Of a DNA stretch of 64,000 nucleotides, positions 1 to 9,330 are shown in pieces. The notes under the pieces were generated by a model, which saw only the letters and a program-made list of their open reading frames with translations, had not been told where the DNA came from and did no database searches. A program made the position numbers and the translations under genes. Within the stretch, counting starts at the first letter, position 1, and the number at the start of each line of letters is the position of its first letter. Source of the stretch: Deferrisomatales bacterium (lineage in GTDB: Bacteria > Desulfobacterota > Deferrisomatia > Deferrisomatales > JACRMM01); the NCBI GenBank assembly GCA_033551855.1, contig JAWSUI010000002.1:64001-128000 (forward strand). The letters are read 5' to 3'.

Positions 1-578
1 CTGCCCTGGCCCCCGCCTACGATTGGGTCTTCGGGCCGGCCCTCGAGAGGGGCCGGCGCGACGCAGTGCGGCTGGTCCGTCCCGGCGAGCGGGTCCTGGA
101 GATGGGAGTCGGCACCGGGCTCGGGCTGCGCCACTACCCGAGCGGATGCCATGTGGTGGGGGTGGACATCTGCCGCCAGATGCTCCGGAAGGCCCGTTGG
201 CGGGCCTTGGTGGAGGGAAACGGGAGGCGGATCGAGCTGCGCTGCGCCGATGCCACGCGGCTGGACTACCCGGACGGGGCCTTCGACGCGGTCGTAGCAC
301 CCTACGTCGTGACCACCGTCGGGGAACCCGATCTCCTGTGCCGCGAAATGCGCCGGCTGTGCCGCGTCGGGGGCCGGGTCATCGTCGTGAGCAACACCCG
401 CGAGGGGGGGTACTACGGCGCAGTCAAATCCCGCCTCTCCCCCTTGATGGAGAGGGTCGGCTTCCGGACCGACCTGGATGTCGAGGGGGTCCTCCGGGGC
501 GCCGGCCTCCGGCTGCTCGAGGCCAGGAGAGTGCCCCCCTTGAGCATCCACAAGGTGTTTGTGGCCGAACCCGCCTGA
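1..578 (+). CDS. Class I SAM-dependent methyltransferase, PmtA-like phospholipid N-methyltransferase (5' truncated by window edge)
   Basis: Frame is open from base 3 (ALAPAYDWVFG...). SAM motif I VLEMGVGTG, GVDIC, DATRL..FDAVV; AYDWVFG and GFRTDL resemble PmtA family. Confidence 0.75.
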   Translation, partial: ALAPAYDWVFGPALERGRRDAVRLVRPGERVLEMGVGTGLGLRHYPSGCHVVGVDICRQMLRKARWRALVEGNGRRIELRCADATRLDYPDGAFDAVVAPYVVTTVGEPDLLCREMRRLCRVGGRVIVVSNTREGGYYGAVKSRLSPLMERVGFRTDLDVEGVLRGAGLRLLEARRVPPLSIHKVFVAEPA

Positions 579-590
579 ATCCCGCCCGCC

Positions 591-631
591 GCGCCGCGGC
601 CGGACCCACCCGGCCGCTTCCCGGATGAACC
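591..631 (+). repeat. End fragment of the ISL3-like MITE family
   Basis: gcggccggacccacccggccgcttcccggatgaacc matches 4085-4120 at 30/36 and ends in the family terminal repeat CCGGATGAACC, followed by an A-rich tract. Confidence 0.6.
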
Positions 632-763
632 CAAAAAAAGGCCTTTTGTCGGCGGTTCTTTGTGGTAAACTGCCGTTCGTCTCTGCCCGGAAGGGGGGGA
701 TGGCCGCCGGGCATGGGGCTCGCCGGCCGGGGATGGATGAGGGAAAGGGATCGGACGGGGACC

Positions 764-1078
764 ATGCATCAAGACAAGAACATCAGCTGCATCGACTGTG
801 GAGAGGACTTCGTGTTCACGGCGGGAGAGCAGGAGTTTTACGCCTCCAAGGGGTTCACCAACGAACCCACCCGGTGCAAGCCTTGCCGCCAGCGCCGAAA
901 GGGCGCCCGCAACGAGGGCAGCGCGGGGGGGGGCTCCTACGGTGGAGCCAGGCCCCAGAGGGAGCTCTTCGACGTCACGTGCGACGAGTGCGGCCAGCAG
1001 ACCCAGGTGCCCTTCCGGCCGAGCCAGGATCGCCCCGTCTACTGTCGGGACTGCTTCAACCGGCGACGCGCCTACTGA
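764..1078 (+). CDS. Double zinc-ribbon protein (zf-trcl + CxxC-x17-CxxC domain)
   Basis: DKNISCIDCGEDFVFTAGEQEFY...PTRCKPCR, then CDECG..VPFRP...PVYCRDCF. Confidence 0.9.
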   Translation: MHQDKNISCIDCGEDFVFTAGEQEFYASKGFTNEPTRCKPCRQRRKGARNEGSAGGGSYGGARPQRELFDVTCDECGQQTQVPFRPSQDRPVYCRDCFNRRRAY

Positions 1079-1100
1079 GGGCCGTTGCCGCCGGCAAGGC

Positions 1101-1136
1101 AAAACGGGGCGGGACCCGCGGGTCCCGCCCCGTTTT
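1101..1136. terminator. Intrinsic terminator, perfect 36-bp palindrome (potentially bidirectional)
   Basis: aaaacggggcgggacccgcgggtcccgccccgtttt is its own reverse complement and lies just after the 764-1078 stop. Confidence 0.85.
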
Positions 1137-1225
1137 CATCGTGCGCCCAAGGACTTGGGGCAGGGTAAAGCTGCGGGGCGGCGGTGTCGATCGGAAGGGA
1201 AAACCCTGGGAAGAGAGGTGCGGCG

Positions 1226-2302
1226 ATGCGGGTACTGGCGATGGTCGGAGTGTTGTTCGTGTCTTCACTTTCGGCCCGCGCCGAAGAAGGGGGCGCCTGG
1301 GTGAGCCACCTGCTGTCCCTGCCGGTCCCGGCGGCCGTGACCCTGTGCGGTGAACCCGTGCCGTTGGACCGGGAAGACGTGCTCGAGCGCTTGGACCTGG
1401 AGCTCGTCGTCACCCTCGGCAGCCCGGTGACCACCTCCCTGTGGTTCAAACGCAGCCCCCGGTTCTTTCCCATGATCGAGCGAGCTCTTCGCGACCGGGG
1501 GCTTCCGGGGGATCTCAAGTACGTCGCCCTCGTCGAGAGCAACCTTCGATCCGACGCCGTGAGCTCCGCAGGCGCCACGGGGCCGTGGCAGTTCATGCCC
1601 GGGACCGGCTCCTCGTACGGCCTGGATCGGTCCCCGTGGCGGGACCAGCGGCGGGACTGGGATGAGGCCACCCGCGCGGCCCTGGACCACCTGGCGGAGT
1701 TGCGGGAATACTTCGGCTCCTGGCCGGCGGCCCTGGCTGCGTACAACGCGGGAAAATCTCGGGTCGCCCGGGCCATGGAGGCCCAAGGCCAGACCGACTA
1801 CTTCGGGCTCCGGCTCCCGCGGGAGACCGAGCGTTACGTCTTCCGGGTGATCGCGGCGAAACTGGTCTTCGAAGACCCGGCAGCGTATGGAATTCGCTTG
1901 GACGGGGCCCGCCGGTACGCGCCGGAGGAGCTTGTCGAGGTCATTCTGGAGGTGCAGCGAAGGGCCATGCCGGTGGCGGCGGTTGCCGAGGCCGCAGGGG
2001 TGTCGTACCGGCGGTTCCTCGAGCTCAACCCCTCCCTTCTGAGCAGGGAGCTGCCCAGGGGAGACCACCGGATCCAAGTTCCCCTGGCGGCCGAGGCACG
2101 CTTTGACCTGTCCCTGGCGCGATGGGAGCGCGAAAACCCGGAAGCCAGGACCGTCTATTACGAGGTCCGCGCCGGCGACACCCTGTCGGCCATCGCCCGG
2201 CAACACCGCGTGCCCCTCGCCGACCTGCTGAGTTGGAACGACCTCACCCCTCGTAGTATCATCCGGCCGGGCCAGGCCCTCGCGGTGCACACCGTCGACT
2301 GA
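1226..2302 (+). CDS. Lytic transglycosylase (SLT domain) with C-terminal LysM, MltD-like
   Basis: Signal peptide; ALVES, GATGPWQFMPGT, ALAAYNAG, LPRETERYV; LysM YEVRAGDTLSAIA...IRPGQAL. Confidence 0.9.
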   Translation: MRVLAMVGVLFVSSLSARAEEGGAWVSHLLSLPVPAAVTLCGEPVPLDREDVLERLDLELVVTLGSPVTTSLWFKRSPRFFPMIERALRDRGLPGDLKYVALVESNLRSDAVSSAGATGPWQFMPGTGSSYGLDRSPWRDQRRDWDEATRAALDHLAELREYFGSWPAALAAYNAGKSRVARAMEAQGQTDYFGLRLPRETERYVFRVIAAKLVFEDPAAYGIRLDGARRYAPEELVEVILEVQRRAMPVAAVAEAAGVSYRRFLELNPSLLSRELPRGDHRIQVPLAAEARFDLSLARWERENPEARTVYYEVRAGDTLSAIARQHRVPLADLLSWNDLTPRSIIRPGQALAVHTVD

Positions 2303-2315
2303 GCGCCGGACCGCC

Positions 2316-2867
2316 TCACGCGGTCCCGAAGGCCCCGCTGAGCATCCCCGGCTCGATCCCCAGGGCGCGGACCGCCCGTTCCCAGCGGTGCTCGGCGGGG
2401 ACGCGAAAGAGGATTTCCGGGGTGGCGGGGACCACGAGCCAGTCGTTGCGACCGAGCTCCTGCTCCATCTGGTCGGGGGCCCATCCGGCGTACCCCAGAC
2501 AGAAGAGGAACCTCTCCGGCCCGCGGCTCGCGGCGATATCGCGAAGGATCTCCAGGGACGTGCCCAGGTGAACGCCGGGCAGGGCGGAAAGGGAACCCTC
2601 GTATTCCCTTCCCTCGTACAACACGAAACCCATCTCGGGCTGCACCGGCCCCCCGAAGTGGACCGGCTCGCCGCTGTCTCCCCGCCCCTCGATGTCCTGT
2701 CCGTCGTAGATGTCGCCGAGCGTGAACGGCGTGGGCCGGTTGACCACCAGACCGAGGGCCCCGTCCTCTCCGTGCTCACACAAGAGCACCACGGTCTGCT
2801 CGAAATTGGGGTCCTTCAGCTGGGGCATGGCCACCAGGAAGTGACCCTTCAGGAACGTCCGTTCGAT
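2316..2867 (-). CDS. YqgE/AlgH family protein
   Basis: FLVAMPQLKDPNFEQTVVLLCEHG..GALGLVVNRP, GGPVQP, LGYAGWAPDQMEQEL..NDWL. Start placed at ATC 2867 behind GAGG; the start is uncertain. Confidence 0.88.
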   Translation of the reverse strand: MERTFLKGHFLVAMPQLKDPNFEQTVVLLCEHGEDGALGLVVNRPTPFTLGDIYDGQDIEGRGDSGEPVHFGGPVQPEMGFVLYEGREYEGSLSALPGVHLGTSLEILRDIAASRGPERFLFCLGYAGWAPDQMEQELGRNDWLVVPATPEILFRVPAEHRWERAVRALGIEPGMLSGAFGTA

Positions 2868-2895
2868 GGGACACCTCGTGGGGGCAGGAGTGGCG

Positions 2896-3114
2896 TCAGT
2901 CGGCGCCCTTCTCGAAGGGCAGGCAGAACAGGCATGGGGTGTACCCCGCGCGGTAGGCCTCCTCCCGGGTCGCGAAGGGAACGGCATTGCCGGCCCACTC
3001 GACGGCGTGGAGGGTACAGCTGAGCTGCTCGTTGCGCAGGTCGTGCACGTGCTTCTTCCGATGGGGGTTGGCGTCTCCCACGTATCGGGTAGCATACTGG
3101 TTCCAGTGGTACAC
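2896..3114 (-). CDS. Small Ada metal-binding-domain-like protein (72 aa)
   Basis: AGGAGG RBS then GTG; YVG...HVH...C...FATREEAYRAGYTPCLFC pattern of Ada Zn-binding-like domains. Confidence 0.7.
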   Translation of the reverse strand: MYHWNQYATRYVGDANPHRKKHVHDLRNEQLSCTLHAVEWAGNAVPFATREEAYRAGYTPCLFCLPFEKGAD

Positions 3115-3245
3115 GGCTCCTCCTTGTGAGCGCCGCCTGAGGCGGCAAGCGGGGCGGTGCTGGTGCAACGCTAGCAGCAGGTCGTCGGGGCGGTCAAGGA
3201 TGCACCCGCCGCACGCAGGGGGCGGCGCAGGGAGGAGGCGGAGGG

Positions 3246-3980
3246 ATGGCAACATATCTGGGCGTCATCGTGCTCCTGGTGGCAGCGGTCTCGGCCTCGG
3301 CGCAAGAATACCGGATCGACCGCCCCGGTGAGCCGACCTCGTCCCCGGTGCACCTGACCCAGCCCATTGAGGGGAGGGTGGAGGTACAGAACCTTCCCCA
3401 GGTCCAGGATGTTCGGGTGCTGGGGGGGCTCGAGGGGCCGGTGGAGGTGCGGGGTGAACTGGAGCTCCGCCCCGGGGAGGGTCTCGCCGTGGAGGTCCTG
3501 AATTTTCCCGAGGCTCCGACCCGCCTCGAGGTGGAGGGCACGGTCAGGGTGGACGACGAACGCCCGGTCCAGGTGTGGGTGGTGAACCCCACCGGACCGG
3601 TGACGGGGCCGCCGAACCGGACCTTTGCGTCCTTCGGCTTCGAGGGCGCGTTCGGCGCAAAGGAAACCCGCGTGCAGCGGACGCTCCACCCCCCGGAGGG
3701 ACGGATCTTTCACCTAACCGATCTGGTGCTCGATGCCCGCGCGGACGCGGTGCTCCGGGTCCGCCTGCTCGCCTCCGGCGCAGCCCTGGCGGGGGTCCTT
3801 GTGGCGCAGGGGATGGAGCCCGTTGCCCTGGCCGTGCTGGACTCCCGGCACGGCACCACCCTCCGGCTGGGCACCCCCGTCCCCCTGGGCGGCGGGTTCT
3901 CCCTCGAGGTGGAGGCACTCGGTCCCGGTCAGGGGGCGCCGTTTCGTCTGGCGGCGAGCGGGTACCTGTCGGACCGGTGA
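3246..3980 (+). CDS. Hypothetical exported protein
   Basis: GGAGGG RBS, signal peptide ending ASA-Q, repeated V-E-V-x-N-x-P beta motifs, host-like codon usage. Confidence 0.7.
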   Translation: MATYLGVIVLLVAAVSASAQEYRIDRPGEPTSSPVHLTQPIEGRVEVQNLPQVQDVRVLGGLEGPVEVRGELELRPGEGLAVEVLNFPEAPTRLEVEGTVRVDDERPVQVWVVNPTGPVTGPPNRTFASFGFEGAFGAKETRVQRTLHPPEGRIFHLTDLVLDARADAVLRVRLLASGAALAGVLVAQGMEPVALAVLDSRHGTTLRLGTPVPLGGGFSLEVEALGPGQGAPFRLAASGYLSDR

Positions 3981-4054
3981 GAGCCCGTGGAGGGAGGCGT
4001 CGCGAACGGTCCGGAGGGAAAGGCGCGCCGGAGCGAGCGACGAGCCGGATCAGC

Positions 4055-4120
4055 CTCCCGTGCAGCCCGGCATCGTCTGCCGGAGCGGGCGGGCCCACCC
4101 GGTCGTTTACCGGAAGAACC
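4055..4120 (+). repeat. Right-end fragment of the ISL3-like MITE family
   Basis: cagcccggcatcgtctgccggagcgggcgggcccacccggtcgtttaccggaagaacc is nearly identical to 41047-41104; weaker similarity extends back to about 3985. Confidence 0.8.
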
Positions 4121-4146
4121 GGAAAGAAGGGGCGGGACGGGGCACC

Positions 4147-4890
4147 TCAATGGGGCCGGAAGGGCCCCTCCTGGTGGAGCAGGCCGTGCTGGTCCAGCAC
4201 GGCCTGGGCGGCCAGGAGGTCGGGCAGGCACAGGGCGTGGACCCCCGTGAGCGCCCCCTCCCGCAGCACCGGGAAGACACGGCCCGCCTGCTCCGTGGCG
4301 AGGCGCTCGAGGGCCTGGGCCGCCGCCGCGGAGGAGAGGTTCCCAGGCGGGGTCAGCGAGGCCTCCAGGATCTCTCCCGGTTCGGCCGGGAGGCCGGGCC
4401 GGTTCACGCCCAGGACTTCCAGGTAGGGGGCGGTGGCGTTGAGGATCGCGCTCCACCCTGCCGGGGGGCGGAGCCCCCCGATCAGACGAAGGAACCGCTG
4501 CTGTACCTCGAGGCTGTGCCGTCGGGCCGCGGTGTCGAAGGGGTCTTCCGGGTCGGCGGGGTTCCAGAAGGGGCGCAAGAGGAGCACGGGCGGTGCAGGC
4601 ACCCAGTAGCCCTGCAGGTACGACCGAAAGGGCGCGCTTCCCCATCCCTCCGCCGTGTGCGCCGGGTGCTGTTCCAGGCCCGCCATCAGGAACTCGAGGG
4701 TGTCCGGGTTCCAGAAGAGCTGCCGCACCGGGTGGGAGGGTTGCTTCGGGGCCCAGGAGGGCGGGAACACCGAGCTCGCCTCGTAGCGCTCGAAGACCGA
4801 GGCGGGCACGGAGAGGAGGGTCTGCGTTCCCTGGGCCAGCACGTAGTGGCCGCGGCGAGGCTCGATGACGACGGTTTCGAAGTGGGTCAC
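4147..4890 (-). CDS. Hypothetical protein
   Basis: GTG start (VTHFETVVIEP), protein-like composition (LFWNP, YLQGYW, LRPFWNP), GC3-biased frame; no family recognised. Confidence 0.65.
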   Translation of the reverse strand: MTHFETVVIEPRRGHYVLAQGTQTLLSVPASVFERYEASSVFPPSWAPKQPSHPVRQLFWNPDTLEFLMAGLEQHPAHTAEGWGSAPFRSYLQGYWVPAPPVLLLRPFWNPADPEDPFDTAARRHSLEVQQRFLRLIGGLRPPAGWSAILNATAPYLEVLGVNRPGLPAEPGEILEASLTPPGNLSSAAAAQALERLATEQAGRVFPVLREGALTGVHALCLPDLLAAQAVLDQHGLLHQEGPFRPH

Positions 4891-5157
4891 CGTCAGCCCC
4901 CCCGGCGAGGTGACCGCGCCCAGGGCCCGGTCCGATTCTCGCGGCCCAAGACCGCGCGGCCCGAGACCGCGTGCCGCTCCCCCGCCCGTGCCCGGCTCAC
5001 CCACGCGTTCGGATGCTTCACGGCCTCCTCAGAACCTCACGTTAGCGGGCTTCTGCCTTGCGCCGGCCTCCCCTCCCCGGGCCCCGGGGTCCGGGATTCC
5101 GGGGGACCGTCCCGGCCACGGGCTGCGCGAAGAGCCGCGGCCCGTGGCCGGAAGAGA

Positions 5158-5745
5158 TCAGGGCGGGGCGGACACGAGCTCTCGAATCTCCTGGGCCACG
5201 GCGCCGGAGGCCTCTTCGTCCAGGAAGAAGTAAACGTACCTCTCCACCTGGTCCGCGAGCCTCAGAACATCTTCCGGGGTCTCACCACATCGCTCCACCG
5301 CCTGCAGCAGTCGCCCGGCCCCGTCTCCGAGGCGCCGCCGGAGCAGAGCCCGGAGTCGGGGCTTGAGCTCTCCGGGAGCTGTGGGGGCGCCTGCCTGCGC
5401 ATTGTGGCACGGCTCGCGCACCGGCACACCGGAGCTTCTCCCCTCGTCTGCCAGGCGGGCCGCCTCGAGCACGAGCTTGGCGGGATCCAGGGCAATGGTC
5501 CGGAGGGATGGCGGCACGTCGGTCTGGAACCGGAACGAGCCCCCCGGAAGGTCGAAGAGCAGAGAAACCGCTTCCTCGCCCTGGGCTCCCAGTGCTTCGA
5601 CGTGCACCACCTTCCCCCCTTCGAAGAAGAGGGCGGCGGATCCCTGGGGGGACTGCAGGCGCAGCACCCCGGTCTTGCGGCCGGAGCCGACCAACTGGAT
5701 GATGTCGGGAAGGCTGAAATCCTCCAGGCTGCCCCGAAGCTCCAC
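5158..5745 (-). CDS. DUF4388 (PatA-N-like) domain protein
   Basis: GAGGAG RBS; LRGSLEDFSLPDIIQLVGSGRKTGVLRL...LFFEGGKVVH...GSFRF...LVLEAARLADE. Confidence 0.85.
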   Translation of the reverse strand: MELRGSLEDFSLPDIIQLVGSGRKTGVLRLQSPQGSAALFFEGGKVVHVEALGAQGEEAVSLLFDLPGGSFRFQTDVPPSLRTIALDPAKLVLEAARLADEGRSSGVPVREPCHNAQAGAPTAPGELKPRLRALLRRRLGDGAGRLLQAVERCGETPEDVLRLADQVERYVYFFLDEEASGAVAQEIRELVSAPP

Positions 5746-5813
5746 CCCGTCTCTCCTCACCCTGGCGGGTTCGGCGCTCCCGACCTTCGGGTTTGCCCAG
5801 GCCAGAAGGTGCA

Positions 5814-5880
5814 ATTCTTTGGAGAGCCGCCAAGGGATGTCAAGAATGAAGTTGAAAACACCTCTCCTTCTTCCTACCCT
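5814..5880. promoter_or_regulatory. Divergent sigma70 promoters (DUF4388 gene / engB-cmk)
   Basis: Plus strand: TTGAAA 5852-5857, 17 bp, TACCCT 5875-5880. Minus strand: TTGACA 5843-5838, 18 bp, AAGAAT 5819-5814. Confidence 0.55.
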
Positions 5881-5913
5881 GAACAGCCTTTTCCTGGCGC
5901 CGAGGAGGGCCCG

Positions 5914-7290
5914 ATGACGGACAGGGCAGTCGGGGCCGTGAGCTCCCGCTTTCTCCTGAGCGCCCCCCGTTGGCAGGATGCCCGCGAGCTTCCCTGGCCC
6001 CAGGTGGCCGTGGCGGGCCGGTCGAACGTGGGGAAGTCGTCCCTCGTCAATTTTCTCCTGGGACGCCGAGGGCTCGCCCGCACCTCGGGAGCCCCCGGGA
6101 GGACGCAGACCATGAACTTCTTTTTGGTGGATGAGCGGTTCGCCTTGGTGGACCTGCCGGGTTACGGATATGCCCGGGCGCCGCTCGCCGCCGTGCGCGC
6201 CTGGACGGCCAGTACGCGGGAGTATCTGGAGAGGGGGGACAAGCTGCGGGCAGTGGTTCTGCTGCTGGACGTGCGCCGCGACCCCTCCGTGCAGGACCTG
6301 GCCTTCGTGCAGTGGGTGCGGGCTGCCGGCCGCACCCTCCTGCCCGTGGTCACAAAAGGGGACAAGGTTTCCCGAGGGCGTCGCGCCGGGCGCCTCCGGG
6401 AGATCGGCAGGGCGCTGGGGATCCCCCCGGGGGAGCTCCTGCTGACTTCCTCGCGAACCGGGGAGGGCCGCCGAGAGTTGTGGGACGCCATTGCGGCGCG
6501 GGTCGACGTGGAAGCAACTGCCGGAAAGGGCCACGCGGGGACGGGTGCCCCGGGTGGGTCGCGACCCCTGCCCGCGGGCCCCTTGGTCGTGGCCATCGAC
6601 GGACCTTCGGGTGCCGGGAAGAGCACGCTCGCGCGGGCGCTCGCGGAGCGTCTCGGGTGGAGCCACATCGACACGGGGGCCATGTACCGCGGCATCGGCC
6701 TCAAGGCGGATCGACTGGGGGTCTCCCTGGAGGATGACGCCGGCCTCGAACGCCTGTGCCGGGAGACCAGGCTGGAGCTCCAACGAGGAGAAGACGGCAC
6801 CTTGCGTCTGCTGCTCGACGGCGAGGACGTGAGCCGGGCCATACGGGAGCACCGGGTCAGCGGCCTGGCTTCGCGCGTGTCGGCCCGCAAGCCGGTCAGG
6901 GAAGCCATGGCGGGCTACCAGCGCCGGCTCGGCGAGGCCGCTCCGTCGGTGCTGGAGGGCCGGGACATCGGGACCGTCGTGTTTCCGGACGCCCTCCTCA
7001 AGGTGTTCCTCACGGCGACGGACGAGGAGAGAGCTCGCCGGCGTACCGCAGAGCTCCTCGGCCGCGGTCAGGTCGCCCGGGAAGAGGAGGTGCTGGAGGA
7101 CATCCGCGCACGGGACCGGCACGACAGCGACCGGGAACATGCGCCCCTGCGGCCCGCAGAGGACGCGGTCACCGTGGACACCACCGGCGTGGGCGTGGGT
7201 GAGCTGGTGGAGCGACTGGCGGAGATGGTCGGTGGCATCCTGGCCGCGCGCGGCCTCTGCCGCACCACGGGCCCGGGGAGAGACCGATGA
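5914..7290 (+). CDS. engB-cmk: Fused ribosome-biogenesis GTPase EngB/YsxC and cytidylate kinase
   Basis: One 458-codon frame. G1 GRSNVGKSS, G3 DLPGYG, G4 TKGD, a Gly/Pro/Ala linker, then IDGPSGAGKST, DTGAMYR, EGRDIGTVVFPDA, RDRHDSDREHAPL. Confidence 0.9.
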   Translation: MTDRAVGAVSSRFLLSAPRWQDARELPWPQVAVAGRSNVGKSSLVNFLLGRRGLARTSGAPGRTQTMNFFLVDERFALVDLPGYGYARAPLAAVRAWTASTREYLERGDKLRAVVLLLDVRRDPSVQDLAFVQWVRAAGRTLLPVVTKGDKVSRGRRAGRLREIGRALGIPPGELLLTSSRTGEGRRELWDAIAARVDVEATAGKGHAGTGAPGGSRPLPAGPLVVAIDGPSGAGKSTLARALAERLGWSHIDTGAMYRGIGLKADRLGVSLEDDAGLERLCRETRLELQRGEDGTLRLLLDGEDVSRAIREHRVSGLASRVSARKPVREAMAGYQRRLGEAAPSVLEGRDIGTVVFPDALLKVFLTATDEERARRRTAELLGRGQVAREEEVLEDIRARDRHDSDREHAPLRPAEDAVTVDTTGVGVGELVERLAEMVGGILAARGLCRTTGPGRDR

Positions 7291-7360
7291 AGCGCCTGGG
7301 CCCGGATGGGGGTTCCTGCCGGAATCCTCGCTTCTGGAGTCCCACTCCTGGATTCCTCGG

Positions 7361-7389
7361 TTGTGCTCAGCGGAAACCTGTGCTACCCT
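7361..7389 (+). promoter_or_regulatory. Putative sigma70 promoter of rpsA
   Basis: TTGTGC, 17 bp, extended -10 TGc-TACCCT. Confidence 0.45.
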
Positions 7390-7464
7390 CCGCGCCTTCG
7401 TCCGACAAGAGGGGGCGCTCTGCGGCCCCTTTTGAATAAAGAGCCAAGGAGGTTCAAAGAAGAC

Positions 7465-9189
7465 ATGATCGACCAGAACACCCAGGCAGGTCACCCGGAA
7501 GAGGAGCTGGACTTTGCGGCCATGCTCGAGGCGAGCGAGGGCGGGGCCGAGGAGGGCTCCGTCGTCAACGGCCGCGTCATCAAGCTCAGCAACGACTACG
7601 CGGTGGTCGATATCGGTTACAAGTCCGAGGGGCTGGTGCCCTTGTCCGAGTTTCGGGATGCCGAGGGCAAGGTCGGGGTAAAGGTGGGCGACCAGGTGGA
7701 GGTCCTCGTCGAGGCACTGGAGAACGAGGACGGCATGATCCTCCTCTCCAAGGACAAGGCCGACAAGATCCGGGTATGGGACGCCATCAGCAAGGCCGCC
7801 GAGAACGACGAGGAGGTGGAGGGGCGCATCGTCGCGCGGATCAAGGGCGGGCTCTCGGTGGACATCGGGGTTCGGGCCTTTCTTCCCGGGTCCCAGGTGG
7901 CTCTGCGTCCTGTGCGGCAGCTCGAGAAGCTTCTGGGCGAGACCTACAAGTTCAAGATCATCAAGTTCAACCGCAGACGGGGCAACATCGTCCTGTCGCG
8001 CCGGGTGCTGCTCGAGAAGGAGCGCGAGACTCACAGGAAGGAGACCCTCAAGAGGCTCGAAGAGGGTGCGGTGCTCCAGGGGGTGGTCAAGAACATCACG
8101 GACTACGGGGCCTTCATCGACCTGGGCGGGATCGACGGCCTCCTGCACGTGACGGACATGAGCTGGGGCCGGGTGAACCATCCCTCCGAGGTCTTCGACA
8201 TCGGCGACGAGGTCACCGTGAAGGTGCTCTCCTTCGATCCGGAGCGGGAGCGGGTGAGCCTCGGTTACAAGCAGCTTCAGCCGGACCCCTGGACCGTCGC
8301 TTCAGAGAAGTACGCCATCGGGTCCCGGATCACCGGCAAGGTCGTGTCCATCACCGATTACGGAGCCTTCGTTGAGCTCGAGCCCGGTATCGAGGGGTTG
8401 GTTCACATCTCGGAGATGAGCTGGACCAAGCGGGTGAACCACCCCAGCGAGAAGGTATCGATCGGCCAGGAGGTCGAGGTGATGGTTCTCAACCTCGACA
8501 CGAACCGCCGCCGGATCTCCCTGGGCATCAAGCAATGCCAAGCGAATCCCTGGGAGCTGCTCGAGGAGCGCTATCCCGTGGGCACGGTGGTGCGCGGCCA
8601 GATCCGCAACATCACGGACTTCGGACTGTTCCTTGGGGTGGAGGAGGGCATCGACGGGCTCATCCACGTCAGCGACCTGTCCTGGACCAAGCGAATCACC
8701 CACCCCGGCACCCTCTACAACGTGGGCGACGAGGTGGAGGCCGTGGTGCTGAGCGTCGACAAGGAGAGCGAGCGCTTCAGCCTCGGTATCAAACAGCTGG
8801 AGCCCGATCCGTGGGCCGGGATCCACACCCGCTACCGGGTCGGATCCATCGTGCAGGGCAAGGTGACCAACATCACCGACTTTGGGCTCTTCGTCGAGCT
8901 GGAGCCGGGGATCGAGGGCCTCGTCCACGTGAGCGAGCTCTCCAGCGAGAAGGTCGAGGACGTCTCCGCGGTGGCGGAGGTGGGGCAGGAGATCCAGGCG
9001 GAGGTCCTCAACATCGACCAGGAGGAGCGAAAGATCTCCCTCTCGATGAAGGCCATCGAGGACGCGGAGGTCCTGGCGCAGAAGAAGGCCCTGGATGCCC
9101 TCCACCGGGAGATGTCGGCCAACTCGGCCTCCACCCTGGGGGAGAAGATCCTCCAGGCCCGGAAGGCGAAGGGCAGCGCCTCCGAGTAG
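7465..9189 (+). CDS. rpsA: 30S ribosomal protein S1
   Basis: Six S1 repeats (DIGYKSEG, ITDYGAFIDLGGIDGLLH, GIEGLVHISEMSW, etc.); follows cmk. Confidence 0.97.
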   Translation: MIDQNTQAGHPEEELDFAAMLEASEGGAEEGSVVNGRVIKLSNDYAVVDIGYKSEGLVPLSEFRDAEGKVGVKVGDQVEVLVEALENEDGMILLSKDKADKIRVWDAISKAAENDEEVEGRIVARIKGGLSVDIGVRAFLPGSQVALRPVRQLEKLLGETYKFKIIKFNRRRGNIVLSRRVLLEKERETHRKETLKRLEEGAVLQGVVKNITDYGAFIDLGGIDGLLHVTDMSWGRVNHPSEVFDIGDEVTVKVLSFDPERERVSLGYKQLQPDPWTVASEKYAIGSRITGKVVSITDYGAFVELEPGIEGLVHISEMSWTKRVNHPSEKVSIGQEVEVMVLNLDTNRRRISLGIKQCQANPWELLEERYPVGTVVRGQIRNITDFGLFLGVEEGIDGLIHVSDLSWTKRITHPGTLYNVGDEVEAVVLSVDKESERFSLGIKQLEPDPWAGIHTRYRVGSIVQGKVTNITDFGLFVELEPGIEGLVHVSELSSEKVEDVSAVAEVGQEIQAEVLNIDQEERKISLSMKAIEDAEVLAQKKALDALHREMSANSASTLGEKILQARKAKGSASE

Positions 9190-9213
9190 GCGGCCGTCCC
9201 GCAAGGCAAGAAC

Positions 9214-9255
9214 GCCGAGCCGGGGCCCCAGGGGGGGTTCCGGCTCGGCTCGTTT
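9214..9255 (+). terminator. Putative terminator hairpin after rpsA
   Basis: gccgagccggggcccc...ggttccggctcggc followed by tcgttt. Confidence 0.5.
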
Positions 9256-9330
9256 CGGCGACCCGCCGGTCCGGAGTGCCAGCCGGCTCCGGCCGCGCCC
9301 CCGATGGCCGGGGCAATCGGAGGACGGCCC

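Noticed and set aside
3733..5913. N-terminal 727 codons of the 1185-aa ORF 3733..7290
   Set aside because: Antisense shadow of two minus-strand genes; the real gene starts at ATG 5914 with an RBS and promoter.
8080..8940. Repeated DNA segments within rpsA
   Set aside because: Expected S1 domain repeats.
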